Below are positions 39,198 through 48,871 of a DNA stretch of 64,000 nt, one piece after another. The DNA is from a virus (taxonomy: Duplodnaviria > Caudoviricetes), in IMG/VR virus record IMGVR_UViG_3300023108_000002; one strand, 5' to 3'. How positions within the stretch are numbered: the first letter of the stretch is position 1; each line of letters opens with the position of its first letter. The notes beneath the pieces were generated by a model that worked only from the letters and a program-made list of their open reading frames with translations, ran no database searches and was not told where the DNA came from. The position numbers were made by a program, and so were the translations under genes.

Positions 39198-39476
39198 ATG
39201 GGAAAACCATTAAACAAATTACAACAACTAATGACTATCACTATGGAAGAATGTGGAGAACTGACACAGGCTTGTAGTAAAATTATTCGAAAATTCAGAT
39301 ATAGAGAAGAAATCTGGGAAGAGAAACGAAAAACTCTAATAGAAGAGATTGGTGATGTTCAGTGTATGATTGAACTGATGATAGATCATGGAATTGTGAC
39401 ACATAAAGAAATTGCTGAGAGGTCAGAGATAAAGAGAGATAAACTAAAAAAGTGGAGTGATTTGATCGATGGTTAG
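39198..39476 (+). CDS. MazG-like nucleotide pyrophosphohydrolase
   Basis: MEECGELTQACSK...LIEEIGDV all-alpha NTP-PPase EExxE/EExxD motifs. Confidence 0.8.
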   Translation: MGKPLNKLQQLMTITMEECGELTQACSKIIRKFRYREEIWEEKRKTLIEEIGDVQCMIELMIDHGIVTHKEIAERSEIKRDKLKKWSDLIDG

Positions 39477-39633
39477 ATTGGGAAATTTTAAGAAACTGGA
39501 AGTGATTGATGAAGAATCAATACAACAATGGCCAGATATAAAAACAGTATTTTTGTCCATTGATGGAGATACCGTAAAAATTATTATCAATCCCGATGAA
39601 AGTGAATTTGAAGAAGAAGTTATAGGAGATTAA
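39469..39633 (+). CDS. Small acidic hypothetical protein (54 aa)
   Basis: Below the ORF-track cutoff. Fills the gap between neighbours with overlapping junctions (MVRLGNFKKLEV...EEEVIGD). Confidence 0.6.
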   Translation: MVRLGNFKKLEVIDEESIQQWPDIKTVFLSIDGDTVKIIINPDESEFEEEVIGD

Positions 39634-39634
39634 A

Positions 39635-40225
39635 ATGGCAAATAACGTATATGCAACATTAACTTTACATCAAGGAAATGATGAAGTAAAGCAATGGTGG
39701 AAAGACTTAGTAAGTAAAATGACATATCCAGAAGATGAGAGGCCCTCTGAATATGATTTTTACAAACCAATTCATGAAATGTTTTGGACAGATATAGATG
39801 AAGAATTTACAAGCACCAGAGGTTGGTATATTGACAATATTGGTGCAAAATGGTGTAACATTCAAGATGCCGATGATGAAATGTTATCTACATGTTCTGC
39901 CTGGGATATTCCAGAATATCTCTATGAAAGAATTGCAGAAGAGGCATATGAGGTGGATAAAAATGCAATCTTCACAGTTTCGTATGAAGATGAAATGCCA
40001 AACTTTTTTGGTTCTTCTGTGTATTTTGGTGGAGAATGTTTTGAAGATATTCGTCTTGAGTCAGATGATTTTGAAGAATATGACTTGGAATTTTATTGGG
40101 ATGAAGATGAAAAGGGCGAAGAACAGCCAGACGATTGGGAAGCCTCATGGGAACAGATGAATAACTTACAGTGGGATTGGATCGAAGAGGCCATATCTAA
40201 CATTCAGTTTGAGTTGGATGTATAA
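39635..40225 (+). CDS. Acidic protein, possibly YubB/Api92-like ferredoxin fold
   Basis: WYIDNIGAKW...CSAWDIP...VSYEDE resembles the W...WGTKW...TAW.PP pattern. AGGAG RBS. Confidence 0.55.
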   Translation: MANNVYATLTLHQGNDEVKQWWKDLVSKMTYPEDERPSEYDFYKPIHEMFWTDIDEEFTSTRGWYIDNIGAKWCNIQDADDEMLSTCSAWDIPEYLYERIAEEAYEVDKNAIFTVSYEDEMPNFFGSSVYFGGECFEDIRLESDDFEEYDLEFYWDEDEKGEEQPDDWEASWEQMNNLQWDWIEEAISNIQFELDV

Positions 40226-41400
40226 TGAGAATTGAACCAGAGTTAAAACTTGATTACAGTAGTGTCCTTATTCGACCAAAAAGAAGTGCTTTGACAAGTC
40301 GTAAAGAAGTTGATCTCACACGAAGGTTCATATTTAGAAACTACAGACCAACATATACTTCGTCTGAACTTCCACATGGATATCCAGCACATAAAGATTA
40401 TCATTATGAAGGCATTCCTATCATGGCTGCTAATATGGATGGTGTTGGAACATTCAAGATGGCAGATGTTTTGGGTAAATTAGGATTGTTTACTTGTTTA
40501 AAGAAAAATTATAAAGTTCCAGAGTTGGTGGATTTCTTTGATAATCCAAACTATCCATGGCGTCCTACACATACAGCATATTCTATGGGCATTGTGGAAG
40601 AAGATTTGAATAAGTTTCGCAAAGTTTATGAAATGACAGATAATAAAATATCATATGTCTGCGTGGATGTGGCAAATGGATACACAGAGAGATTTGTCAA
40701 TTTCATATCAGAACTGAGAAGCACATTTCCAGAATTAGTAATTATTGCCGGTAATGTAGTTACAGCAGATCAAACACAGGAGTTAATACTAAATGGAGCA
40801 GATATTGTCAAAGTTGGGATCGGGCCTGGTTCAGTTTGTACGACCCGTATACAAACTGGTGTTGGTTATCCTCAATTATCCGCAGTCATTGAGTGTGCGG
40901 ATGCTGCTCATGGGCTTGGTGGGCATATTATTGCTGATGGTGGTTGCACAACTCCTGGCGACATAGCCAAAGCATTTGCTGGTGGCGCAGATTTTGTTAT
41001 GTTAGGCGGAATGTTTGCCGGCCATAATGAAGGGGGTGGTGAAATCATTGAAAAATGGTATGAGACAGATGAGGTATTGGTTTATGCCACTAAGAATGAT
41101 TTTACTACACCAACCAAGAAATCGATTTATTCCAAACAATTTGTGCATTTTTATGGAATGAGTTCAGAGACTGCAAATAGAAAGCATTCTGGTGGATTAA
41201 AGAACTATCGTTCATCAGAAGGTAGAGAAGTAATGGTTCCATATCAGGGCCCCGTAGAAATGACTGTTCAAAATATTTTGGGTGGTATTAGGAGCACTTG
41301 TACTTATGTTGGAGCGTCAAAGCTAAAAAGACTAAGTAAGTGTACAACCTTTGTTATGTGTCAAGATACTCATAACCGAATCTACGAAGGGAAAAATTAA
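40225..41400 (+). CDS. guaC: GMP reductase
   Basis: [57 protein letters not shown]. Confidence 0.93.
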   Translation: MRIEPELKLDYSSVLIRPKRSALTSRKEVDLTRRFIFRNYRPTYTSSELPHGYPAHKDYHYEGIPIMAANMDGVGTFKMADVLGKLGLFTCLKKNYKVPELVDFFDNPNYPWRPTHTAYSMGIVEEDLNKFRKVYEMTDNKISYVCVDVANGYTERFVNFISELRSTFPELVIIAGNVVTADQTQELILNGADIVKVGIGPGSVCTTRIQTGVGYPQLSAVIECADAAHGLGGHIIADGGCTTPGDIAKAFAGGADFVMLGGMFAGHNEGGGEIIEKWYETDEVLVYATKNDFTTPTKKSIYSKQFVHFYGMSSETANRKHSGGLKNYRSSEGREVMVPYQGPVEMTVQNILGGIRSTCTYVGASKLKRLSKCTTFVMCQDTHNRIYEGKN

Positions 41401-42134
41401 TGGAAAGAAAAAAATTAGATGCTTTACTTGCCAAAATGTCTGCAATTGCGTACCTACCACCAAAGGCTGCTGAAGAAAGATATCAAAAACTTGGGTTTCC
41501 AAGAGTAAAATATATTGATTGGGATGGAGCTCAATGTTATGCTGTTTGGAATCAAAATTATCTAATTATTTGTTTTCGGGGAACAGAAATGGGCAAAGAA
41601 TGGAATGACCTAAAAGCAGATTTGAGAGCATGGCCCCAGAAAGAAAAAAACGGCAGAGTACATAAAGGTTTTAATGGTGAAGTTCAAAAAGTTTTAGATA
41701 GAGTACAAATTACTATCGATCAGATGCGTCATAAAAAACAATTATATTTTACAGGACATTCTTTGGGTGGCGCAATGGCTACTATCGCAGCAGGATTGAT
41801 ACAAGACGTTGATTATCTCTGTACATTTGGATCTCCTAGAGTTGGATGGAATAAATATGTAAAATCTATCTCCTGTGAACATGTTAGATATGTCAACAAC
41901 AATGATATTGTTCCTAGTGTTCCACCATCATTTTTATGCTATAGACATCATGGAGAACTGAAATATATCAACTATCATGGAAATATTAGAAAAATGAGTT
42001 TGTGGCAGAGAATGAAAGATCAATGGAGAGGAAGAATTATGGCCCTTAAAAAGAAAGTTCCTTTTGATGGAATTTACGACCACGATATAAAGTATTATAT
42101 AAGATATACTGAAAAACTAGAAAAAGAGGAATAG
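41400..42134 (+). CDS. Class 3 lipase (alpha/beta hydrolase)
   Basis: ICFRGTE, VHKGF, nucleophile TGHSLGGA, TFGSPRVG, NNNDIVPSVP, DHDI. Confidence 0.9.
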   Translation: MERKKLDALLAKMSAIAYLPPKAAEERYQKLGFPRVKYIDWDGAQCYAVWNQNYLIICFRGTEMGKEWNDLKADLRAWPQKEKNGRVHKGFNGEVQKVLDRVQITIDQMRHKKQLYFTGHSLGGAMATIAAGLIQDVDYLCTFGSPRVGWNKYVKSISCEHVRYVNNNDIVPSVPPSFLCYRHHGELKYINYHGNIRKMSLWQRMKDQWRGRIMALKKKVPFDGIYDHDIKYYIRYTEKLEKEE

Positions 42135-42137
42135 AAT

Positions 42138-42422
42138 ATGTGGGAAATGCTTGAAAGAATGGCCACAGATAGATTGTGGATTTATACAGGTATTGCCGGA
42201 GCATTGTTTGGTGCTGCATTTCTTGCATATTTTCGTTCAACACATGCTGGAATTTATCTATATGGTAAATTTGATGAATATTTAGATGCAATTCGTGATT
42301 ATTTTGGATGGACTTGGTTCGACCAACCAGAAGATGCGTGGAGAAAAAAGTATCCCCATGTAACAAAGAAAATAGATGAATTAGAAGAGAGAATATCAAA
42401 ACTTGAAAATGCTAAATTATAA
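42138..42422 (+). CDS. Small membrane protein
   Basis: N-terminal TM helix (WIYTGIAGALFGAAFLAYF) and a C-terminal coiled coil. Confidence 0.75.
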   Translation: MWEMLERMATDRLWIYTGIAGALFGAAFLAYFRSTHAGIYLYGKFDEYLDAIRDYFGWTWFDQPEDAWRKKYPHVTKKIDELEERISKLENAKL

Positions 42423-42582
42423 ACATATAACAGACTTACATCGACAATTGATGAAAAAAGTTGATTTAGAAGTAATATATCTATTTTATGGAATGACAAT
42501 CATCTTTGGAGCCACAATATTCTTGAATTGGATTTTGTGGCTTATTTTTGGAATACATGAGTAAAAAAATTAGCAAAGGCCC

Positions 42583-42611
42583 TTGACATTGTGCTTGTCA
42601 GCACTTATATT
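42583..42611 (+). promoter_or_regulatory. Sigma70-type early promoter cassette
   Basis: GGCCCTTGACA-17nt-TATATTAGTATTGTAAG. Confidence 0.85.
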
Positions 42612-42639
42612 AGTATTGTAAGAAGAAAGGACGAATCAT

Positions 42640-42867
42640 ATGAACACAACACCTGATGAAATAAAGTTCATTGAAAATGAAGAGTTCCGTATCTATCCAT
42701 TGACTGCTCAAGGCGAACTATCTACAATGATTCAACTTGACATGAAGGAATGGGCCCTTAAAGAGGGTCTATGGCCAGAGAAAGAATATGGAATAATCGT
42801 GTATGAACACGCGAAGGCTCGTGGGTGGACTCAAGAAGGGTTCACTGGTTTTGAATTAATCCACTAA
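42640..42867 (+). CDS. Hypothetical early protein
   Basis: AAGGA RBS directly after the promoter. Confidence 0.75.
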   Translation: MNTTPDEIKFIENEEFRIYPLTAQGELSTMIQLDMKEWALKEGLWPEKEYGIIVYEHAKARGWTQEGFTGFELIH

Positions 42868-42880
42868 TAGGAGATATAAT

Positions 42881-43204
42881 ATGCAAGTAGCAGTAATACA
42901 TGCCGCTTTTGAAGATGTACCACAAACTGTAGCGTTTGTAGAGGTTGGAAATAGAACTGGCGACGAGGCGCTTGAGTATGCGTATCGTTGGACTAATAAC
43001 GTAATGGGTTCTTGGAGTATCAAAGAACAATATCTTGGAGATGAAGTAAATGGTGATTATAACGATGATGTTACTGTCATGGCTCCTCTACATACAGACG
43101 AGAATGGAAAACAGTGGGGCTTGCGTTCAACCAGTGTTGGTGACCAAATGTTACTTGGAACAACAAAATACAAAGTTTCTGCTTTTGGGTTCAAAGAAAT
43201 CTAA
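42881..43204 (+). CDS. Hypothetical protein
   Basis: AGGAG RBS. Ends RSTSVGDQM, a motif common in small phage proteins. Confidence 0.8.
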   Translation: MQVAVIHAAFEDVPQTVAFVEVGNRTGDEALEYAYRWTNNVMGSWSIKEQYLGDEVNGDYNDDVTVMAPLHTDENGKQWGLRSTSVGDQMLLGTTKYKVSAFGFKEI

Positions 43205-43213
43205 AAACAGCTA

Positions 43214-43244
43214 TTGACTCTTGGTTTCAGTTGTGTAATACTAT
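43214..43244 (+). promoter_or_regulatory. Probable early promoter
   Basis: TTGACT followed by TAATAC/TACTAT at a non-ideal spacing, then the AGGTGATTCG RBS. Confidence 0.55.
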
Positions 43245-43270
43245 ATGTGTAATGAGAGAGGTGATTCGCA

Positions 43271-43474
43271 ATGATTGATACACTACTAGATGCAGAAACC
43301 TTGGAAAATGCAATCATTGCATTTGAAGAAGGTGCGAGCGATGAACGCCGTATGGCATTAGATTCTCTGCGTGGTATGTTAACACGAAAACGCACAGAAA
43401 TCATGGAATTTGAGGCTTGGTGTGACGAACAAGCTTCAATTCAAAACGAAATCTCTATGTGGGAGGAAATGTAA
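43271..43474 (+). CDS. Hypothetical protein
   Basis: Strong GAGGTGAT RBS. Confidence 0.8.
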   Translation: MIDTLLDAETLENAIIAFEEGASDERRMALDSLRGMLTRKRTEIMEFEAWCDEQASIQNEISMWEEM

Positions 43475-44004
43475 TGAACCCTTTAGTTGCTCATATCGAG
43501 GCTCAAAACGCTGAATCTGCTGCATGGGCAGCAGAAGAAGAGGGACGCTGGGCAGGTGAAACTGTCACTGATCCAGAATTTTGGGCAGAATGTGGTGTCT
43601 ATACTGTAGAGGACTACGAAAAATATCAACTTGCGTGTAGTATTTCAGAGTCTGCAAAGACTGCATATGGACACAAATATTGGGTAGATTATGCAAACAT
43701 GTCTCTAGTGGAACTAGAGGAACTTGCAGATTCTTATGGAAACTCTGCAACCGAACAGCTTGAACGCGAAAGACAAGCAGAAGAAGAAGCAATTCTTGAG
43801 TTTGAATCTCGTATTCAAGATGTTATTAATCTTGGTGCGGGTGATCGTCAAACAGCTCTTCGTTGGATCACATCTCAAGAAACATTTTATCACCAACAGT
43901 GTGTTGAACATTTTGTTTGGGAATTGGGTGTATTATTTACTTCCTATGGCAAAGATCTCATAAAAGAACTTTTAGGAGTAGTCGAGTATAAGGAGATGGT
44001 ATGA
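43474..44004 (+). CDS. Acidic hypothetical protein
   Basis: TAATG coupling with a GGAGG RBS. Start moved to MNPLVAH. Confidence 0.8.
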   Translation: MNPLVAHIEAQNAESAAWAAEEEGRWAGETVTDPEFWAECGVYTVEDYEKYQLACSISESAKTAYGHKYWVDYANMSLVELEELADSYGNSATEQLERERQAEEEAILEFESRIQDVINLGAGDRQTALRWITSQETFYHQQCVEHFVWELGVLFTSYGKDLIKELLGVVEYKEMV

Positions 44005-44250
44005 GTGATTACCAATGAATTTGAGTTTGATTCGACCATAACAACTATCTTGGACGAACAAGGCAAGTTAGAAGATGTACAACTAATTATAGGCGACGAT
44101 GTTGTTTATATTCGGCAATTTAACGATCAAATTGCCGGAACAGACGTATATGATCTTATAGAAATGTCTCCGAAGATGTTTCAAGATATGATTACTGCTC
44201 TTTCTTTGGCCGATGGAGCCTTTGTAACTCTCTATAAGAGGGGAGTTTAG
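44005..44250 (+). CDS. Hypothetical protein
   Basis: GTG start abutting the upstream stop, AGGAG RBS. Confidence 0.7.
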   Translation: MITNEFEFDSTITTILDEQGKLEDVQLIIGDDVVYIRQFNDQIAGTDVYDLIEMSPKMFQDMITALSLADGAFVTLYKRGV

Positions 44251-44986
44251 AATTACTTCCATCGAAGTTAAATTCTCCCGCCTTTCTTAAAACTTCAAGT
44301 CTCTTTCTCACCATAACTGCTTCTAATAGATCTCCATTTCCTTGAAGGACTGTTTTTGGCATATCTTTAAACTCCAAATACTCTGAATATGTCCTTTCTG
44401 GATGCATTAGAAAATAATTTAAATCTCTGGTGTTTAGAAACATTAGAAATGTGTCTCTATTTGTATATTGTGTAATTGTCATATACAATTGAGCTCTAAA
44501 TCCATTCAAAGCAAACCAGTATGATTGGACTGCTCCTGTATTCTGTCCCTGAGAATAGATATCCATTATCTTCATTCCACCATCATATGCTGGTAGCCAA
44601 GGTGCGTGAAATGCTAGGAGTCCACTTACCATATAGTTATCTCCACCAATGAACGCCAATGCACATGCTGAAATACATGCCTGATCTCTAGGAACCCATA
44701 CGGATACTCTGTAGTTTGACAAGAGGCGTCCAACCTCATATCCTTCATCAAGAAGGCCTCCGGGCGATGACATAGAAATAATTTTAGTTTTTGGATATAT
44801 AGTTAACATTCGCATGAAATCGTCTTTGAGTCCCTTTACAAAATTTCCTCTGAACTCTAACATTGGACCCCAAGGAGTTTCTTCCACATATTTAAAATGA
44901 TAATTGTTATTTATTGTGTGTGCATATGACATCGATGGATAAACAAAACCCATCATCATGACCATGAGAAAGATGAAATTTCTCAT
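44192..44986 (-). CDS. Exported ClpP/crotonase-fold protein (COG3904-like)
   Basis: Signal-peptide-like N-terminus (MRNFIFLMVMMMGF), SMSSPGG, ACISACALAFIGG, LAFHAP. Confidence 0.7.
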   Translation of the reverse strand: MRNFIFLMVMMMGFVYPSMSYAHTINNNYHFKYVEETPWGPMLEFRGNFVKGLKDDFMRMLTIYPKTKIISMSSPGGLLDEGYEVGRLLSNYRVSVWVPRDQACISACALAFIGGDNYMVSGLLAFHAPWLPAYDGGMKIMDIYSQGQNTGAVQSYWFALNGFRAQLYMTITQYTNRDTFLMFLNTRDLNYFLMHPERTYSEYLEFKDMPKTVLQGNGDLLEAVMVRKRLEVLRKAGEFNFDGSNSKLPSYRELQRLHRPKKEQ

Positions 44987-45014
44987 TTGTTTTCCTTTCA
45001 AAAAGAAGTATAGC

Positions 45015-45058
45015 TATTTATGTAAATTATAATTCACACTTATAAAATGAAATAAATA
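45015..45058. promoter_or_regulatory. Divergent late-promoter-like pair
   Basis: CATAAATA on minus (45015-45022) and AATAAATA on plus (45051-45058) between the divergent genes. Confidence 0.45.
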
Positions 45059-45092
45059 GAAATATAAACTTAAAAACATAAAGGATATTGAA

Positions 45093-45557
45093 ATGGTATT
45101 TTGGAAATGGTGGACTACAATTGTAGTCTGTGTCGTATTAATTGGAATTGCAGAAACACAGATTGGAATTTCACATTATCTTCTAGTGCAAGACGGCACA
45201 AAAATTAGCATACTAATACTTACAATTTTATTATCATGTAGTTTATTTGTCGGTTATAAATCATATATCAAACAGTTTAAAAACCGTGTAGTAACACAAA
45301 GTTCAGTTGAACCAATTTGGTTTTTCTCTGATGCTGTATTATCTATTGGTATGGTAGGGACTCTTGTGGGATTTCTAATTGTTCTCACAACAACATTTAG
45401 CAATATAACGGATTATTCTCCCGAAGAGCTCAAAAATATAATAGGAACGCTTGCTTCTGGTATGGGGATCGCATTGATAACATCTTTGACAGGATTATTA
45501 TCTTCAATACTTCTCAAATTCCAGCTGGTGTTGTTAGATGGTGAAAGTAATGTGTGA
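45093..45557 (+). CDS. MotA/TolQ/ExbB-family proton-channel protein
   Basis: Four hydrophobic helices. IGMVGTLVGF...SGMGIALITSLTGL matches the family's G..GT..G...G...AL.TT..G pattern. Confidence 0.85.
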   Translation: MVFWKWWTTIVVCVVLIGIAETQIGISHYLLVQDGTKISILILTILLSCSLFVGYKSYIKQFKNRVVTQSSVEPIWFFSDAVLSIGMVGTLVGFLIVLTTTFSNITDYSPEELKNIIGTLASGMGIALITSLTGLLSSILLKFQLVLLDGESNV

Positions 45558-46297
45558 TGAGAAAATACAGCACAAATTTAGGTTTTGTTGACCTTTTATT
45601 CAATCTTCTTGTTGGTTTTGTTAGTCTATTGTTGATTGCATTTTTGCTAATCAATCCAATTGCAGACAAGGGTAAAATAGACCCAAAATCGGAGTTTCTT
45701 GTAATACTAACATGGCCCGACAGATCTATAATGGACATAGACTTGTGGGTAAGAGGCCCGAAAGATGATGATATAGTCAGTTTCAAGAGAAAAGATGCAA
45801 ACTGGATGGTTCTTGAACGAGATGATCTAGGAATCAGTAATGATTTCGTTATGGTTGATGGAATTCCTACAAAAATTCTTAGAAATATAGAAACGATATC
45901 AATCAACACTTTTGTGCCTGGCGAATATGTTGTAAATGTACATCATTACAACACAAATAAAGAAATACAAGAAGGTGAAATATATCCAACACCAGTACAA
46001 GTTGAAATTATAAAACTCAATCCATATAGAGTGATTTACACTGGTAGAGTTTCATTGACATTTAGGCAAGAACACACCATTGCAACTTTTTTGATGGACA
46101 AAAAAGGTAAAATCAGCGACCTTAGAACTGATATACAGATACCTTTATACTATAAATATGCAAATGCTGGTGGAGATGTTGAAATAACTCCATCTACTAG
46201 ATTACCACCAGCAATTCCACCAACATCTTTTCCTGGCAATACGCGAAATGAATATCCCAGTTGGGACGACACTAATTGGAAAGGGACTGGCCCATGA
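45557..46297 (+). CDS. MotB/ExbD-like single-TM partner with a periplasmic Ig-like (YfaP/DUF2135-like) domain
   Basis: TGATG coupling to the MotA-like gene. TM contains GFVDLLFNLL with the family-typical Asp. DIDLWVRGP...RDDLG...ETISI...PGEYVVNVHHY. Confidence 0.7.
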   Translation: MRKYSTNLGFVDLLFNLLVGFVSLLLIAFLLINPIADKGKIDPKSEFLVILTWPDRSIMDIDLWVRGPKDDDIVSFKRKDANWMVLERDDLGISNDFVMVDGIPTKILRNIETISINTFVPGEYVVNVHHYNTNKEIQEGEIYPTPVQVEIIKLNPYRVIYTGRVSLTFRQEHTIATFLMDKKGKISDLRTDIQIPLYYKYANAGGDVEITPSTRLPPAIPPTSFPGNTRNEYPSWDDTNWKGTGP

Positions 46298-46737
46298 TTA
46301 CAACAATTATTTTGTCTGGAATTTTGCTATCACTAGTCATTGCAGTGATAATATATCTTGCAGATGTAGATTTTATCCTCAAACTCACAGTATTGCCCTT
46401 TGCAATATTCTTTTTATCTGTATCCGGCCTCTGGATTAAAGAAAATATAGGGTCTCCAATAGAGGGAATGCCTCAGGGCGAATTTGAAATGCTTCATTAT
46501 AAAATGAAGAGTTCTGATACAATTCATCTATGGGTTTGGGAAAAAACAAGAGGCAGTAGAGTATATTTTTTCCCATATGACAGAGAAACACTAAAGAAAT
46601 TAATGGCAGCCGAAGAAAGACAAAAGGCTGGGTTTAAGATAAGGGGGAAAATGATGCCACCAAATGGAGCTGGTGGTGAATTAAGAATGGAATTGGAAGC
46701 GACGATGCCCGATAGAACACAGGGACCATCAAAATAA
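46294..46737 (+). CDS. Membrane protein with two N-terminal TM helices
   Basis: ATGA overlap with the upstream stop, hydrophobic first 50 aa, soluble C-terminal domain. Confidence 0.75.
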   Translation: MITTIILSGILLSLVIAVIIYLADVDFILKLTVLPFAIFFLSVSGLWIKENIGSPIEGMPQGEFEMLHYKMKSSDTIHLWVWEKTRGSRVYFFPYDRETLKKLMAAEERQKAGFKIRGKMMPPNGAGGELRMELEATMPDRTQGPSK

Positions 46738-46752
46738 CATGAAAGGGAAGTT

Positions 46753-47724
46753 ATGTTTAGATTTTTTAAAGAGCGAAAGTGGTTATTATGGAGTTGGATT
46801 GGTTCCGCAATAATCTTATCATCACTTTGGGTACAAGTACAAATTGATGTAAAAATTAATGAATGGTTTGGACAGTTTTACGACATGATCCAAAGGGCAT
46901 TAGCAGAACCTAATGCCATTACAATAGGAGAATATTGGGCCAGTCTAGCGTCCTTTATTACACTCGCAGCAATATATGTTGCAATTGCAGTCGCAATATC
47001 GTTTTTCACAGCACATTATCTGTTTAGATGGCGAACCGCAATGGTAGAATGGTATCATTCTGTCTATGATAAGGCTAGAACTATCGAAGGTGCTGCTCAA
47101 CGTGTGCAAGAAGATACTATCAAGTTTAGTAGAATTATGGAAGGCCTTGGTACTAGTTTTATTGAGTCCATTATGGTATTGATACAATTTGTGCCTATTT
47201 TACTTGGATTGAGTGTGGGAATTCCCATCTTTTTCTTTGGTGATTGGCAATACGGACTTGTAACAGGTGCATTAGTCTGGTCGATTGGGGGCACATTATT
47301 CCTCGTTGGGTTGGGATGGTTGCTGAGACTTGTAGGTGTTGAATATGACTTGCAAAAGAAAGAGGCTGCATATCGTAAAATTCTGGTGATTGCAGAGGAC
47401 GATGAGACAGTCAGGCCTAAAACTATTGAAGAATTGTTTGAAGGTGTCAGAGGCATTCATTTTAAATCCTATATAAGATACCTATACTTCAATATAGGTA
47501 GAATTGCATACTTACAGGCAAATGTCTTGAGTGCTTATGTGTTTCTTGCCCCCGCTATTGTTGCTGGTGCAGTCACATTGGGTGTAATGCAACAAATTAT
47601 TCGGGCGTTTGGTAGAGTAGAAGGTTCTATGCAGTATTTACTAAAAGCATGGCCTACCATTATTGAATTAATGAGTGTCTACAAACGACTAAGAGAATTT
47701 GAAAGACAGATACAGGAGAAATAA
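46753..47724 (+). CDS. sbmA: SbmA/BacA-family peptide transporter (short form)
   Basis: HYLFRWRTAM, IEGAAQRVQEDT, EAAYRK, YFNIGRIAYLQ, ELMSVYKRLREFE all match SbmA. Confidence 0.92.
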   Translation: MFRFFKERKWLLWSWIGSAIILSSLWVQVQIDVKINEWFGQFYDMIQRALAEPNAITIGEYWASLASFITLAAIYVAIAVAISFFTAHYLFRWRTAMVEWYHSVYDKARTIEGAAQRVQEDTIKFSRIMEGLGTSFIESIMVLIQFVPILLGLSVGIPIFFFGDWQYGLVTGALVWSIGGTLFLVGLGWLLRLVGVEYDLQKKEAAYRKILVIAEDDETVRPKTIEELFEGVRGIHFKSYIRYLYFNIGRIAYLQANVLSAYVFLAPAIVAGAVTLGVMQQIIRAFGRVEGSMQYLLKAWPTIIELMSVYKRLREFERQIQEK

Positions 47725-48192
47725 ATGAACAGTAAATTTAGCATTGGCGTTGTCATTGCTATTGTTCTACAGGTAAGTGCCTTTGTGTGGTGGACTGCAC
47801 AACAGGCACAAACCATAGATCAACTAGAAGGGCAAGTCGCCGAACTCACTGCAAAGAGTAAAATAGAAAAAGAAGTAACTCTTATTAATGATGTGAAGCA
47901 GCTGAGAAAAGAAGTTGACAAAATGAAAGAAGATATTTTGTCAAGTTTAACTAGTATTGATGATATGAGAATATCAGAAGATAATAGGTTGGGTGAATAT
48001 ATTGATCGGATATATGATGGTTTGATCAGCGACCTACAGGCAACTTTTGCAAAACATGAAGATTGGATTGATGAATTAGATAGTGATGTTGATGCAGTAT
48101 ATGTACATATTGATACACAATTAAAAGATTTAGATAAAAAACTAAGCGATAGGATTAGAGATAATGGCGGCCAAAACGAGCAAACCAAATAA
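47725..48192 (+). CDS. Single-TM coiled-coil protein
   Basis: N-terminal hydrophobic helix, then heptad repeats. Confidence 0.75.
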   Translation: MNSKFSIGVVIAIVLQVSAFVWWTAQQAQTIDQLEGQVAELTAKSKIEKEVTLINDVKQLRKEVDKMKEDILSSLTSIDDMRISEDNRLGEYIDRIYDGLISDLQATFAKHEDWIDELDSDVDAVYVHIDTQLKDLDKKLSDRIRDNGGQNEQTK

Positions 48193-48832
48193 AAAGAAAA
48201 AAGAAGAAGAAAAGATTGATTTGATTCCAAATACAATCACTCAAACTCCACCACCAGAACCAATGCCAAGAGACCTGACATTTGAAAAACAGCCAGGCAC
48301 TGTATTGAAAGAAAATGGTATTCTCTTTATGGATAAGGAGTTCAATCAAGAAAATTGTATGCCATTAGTAAAAATGATTATGGAATATAATTTGATGCCC
48401 GCACCCAAAAGGCCTCCGATTATTCATCTATATATCAATTCGCCAGGCGGAGAGGTTGCATCTGCATTTCATCTTATAGATGTAATAAAACAGTCAAAAA
48501 TACCAGTTTATACCTATGGAATGGGCTCTATAGCGTCCTGTGGTGTGCTGCTAATGATGAGTGGAGAGAAGGGACACAGATACCTAACACAGAACACAAG
48601 CATCATGTCGCATCAATACAGCTGGGGGTCAAAGGGCAAGGAACATGAATTATATGCGAAAATAAAACAATTTGAAATCTCTTCAGAGAAATTAGTTGAA
48701 CATTATGTCAAGTGTACTGGAAAAAAGAAAGATTATATCAGAAAATATTTATTACCAGAGTCTGACATATGGATGACACCAGAAGAAGCAATAAAACATG
48801 GGATTGCTGATAAAATTATAGAAACTTATTGA
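48164..48832 (+). CDS. clpP: ClpP-family serine protease
   Basis: LYINSPGGEV, GSIASCG (catalytic Ser), IMSHQ (His), ESDIWMTPEEAIKHGIADKI (Asp). Confidence 0.9.
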   Translation: MAAKTSKPNKKKKEEEKIDLIPNTITQTPPPEPMPRDLTFEKQPGTVLKENGILFMDKEFNQENCMPLVKMIMEYNLMPAPKRPPIIHLYINSPGGEVASAFHLIDVIKQSKIPVYTYGMGSIASCGVLLMMSGEKGHRYLTQNTSIMSHQYSWGSKGKEHELYAKIKQFEISSEKLVEHYVKCTGKKKDYIRKYLLPESDIWMTPEEAIKHGIADKIIETY

Positions 48833-48857
48833 CACAAATAGAATCATATAGTATATT
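48829..48857 (+). promoter_or_regulatory. Sigma70-type early promoter
   Basis: TTGACA-17nt-TATATT, with GAATC in the spacer. Confidence 0.8.
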
Positions 48858-48871
48858 GAAAGGAGTTTTAG

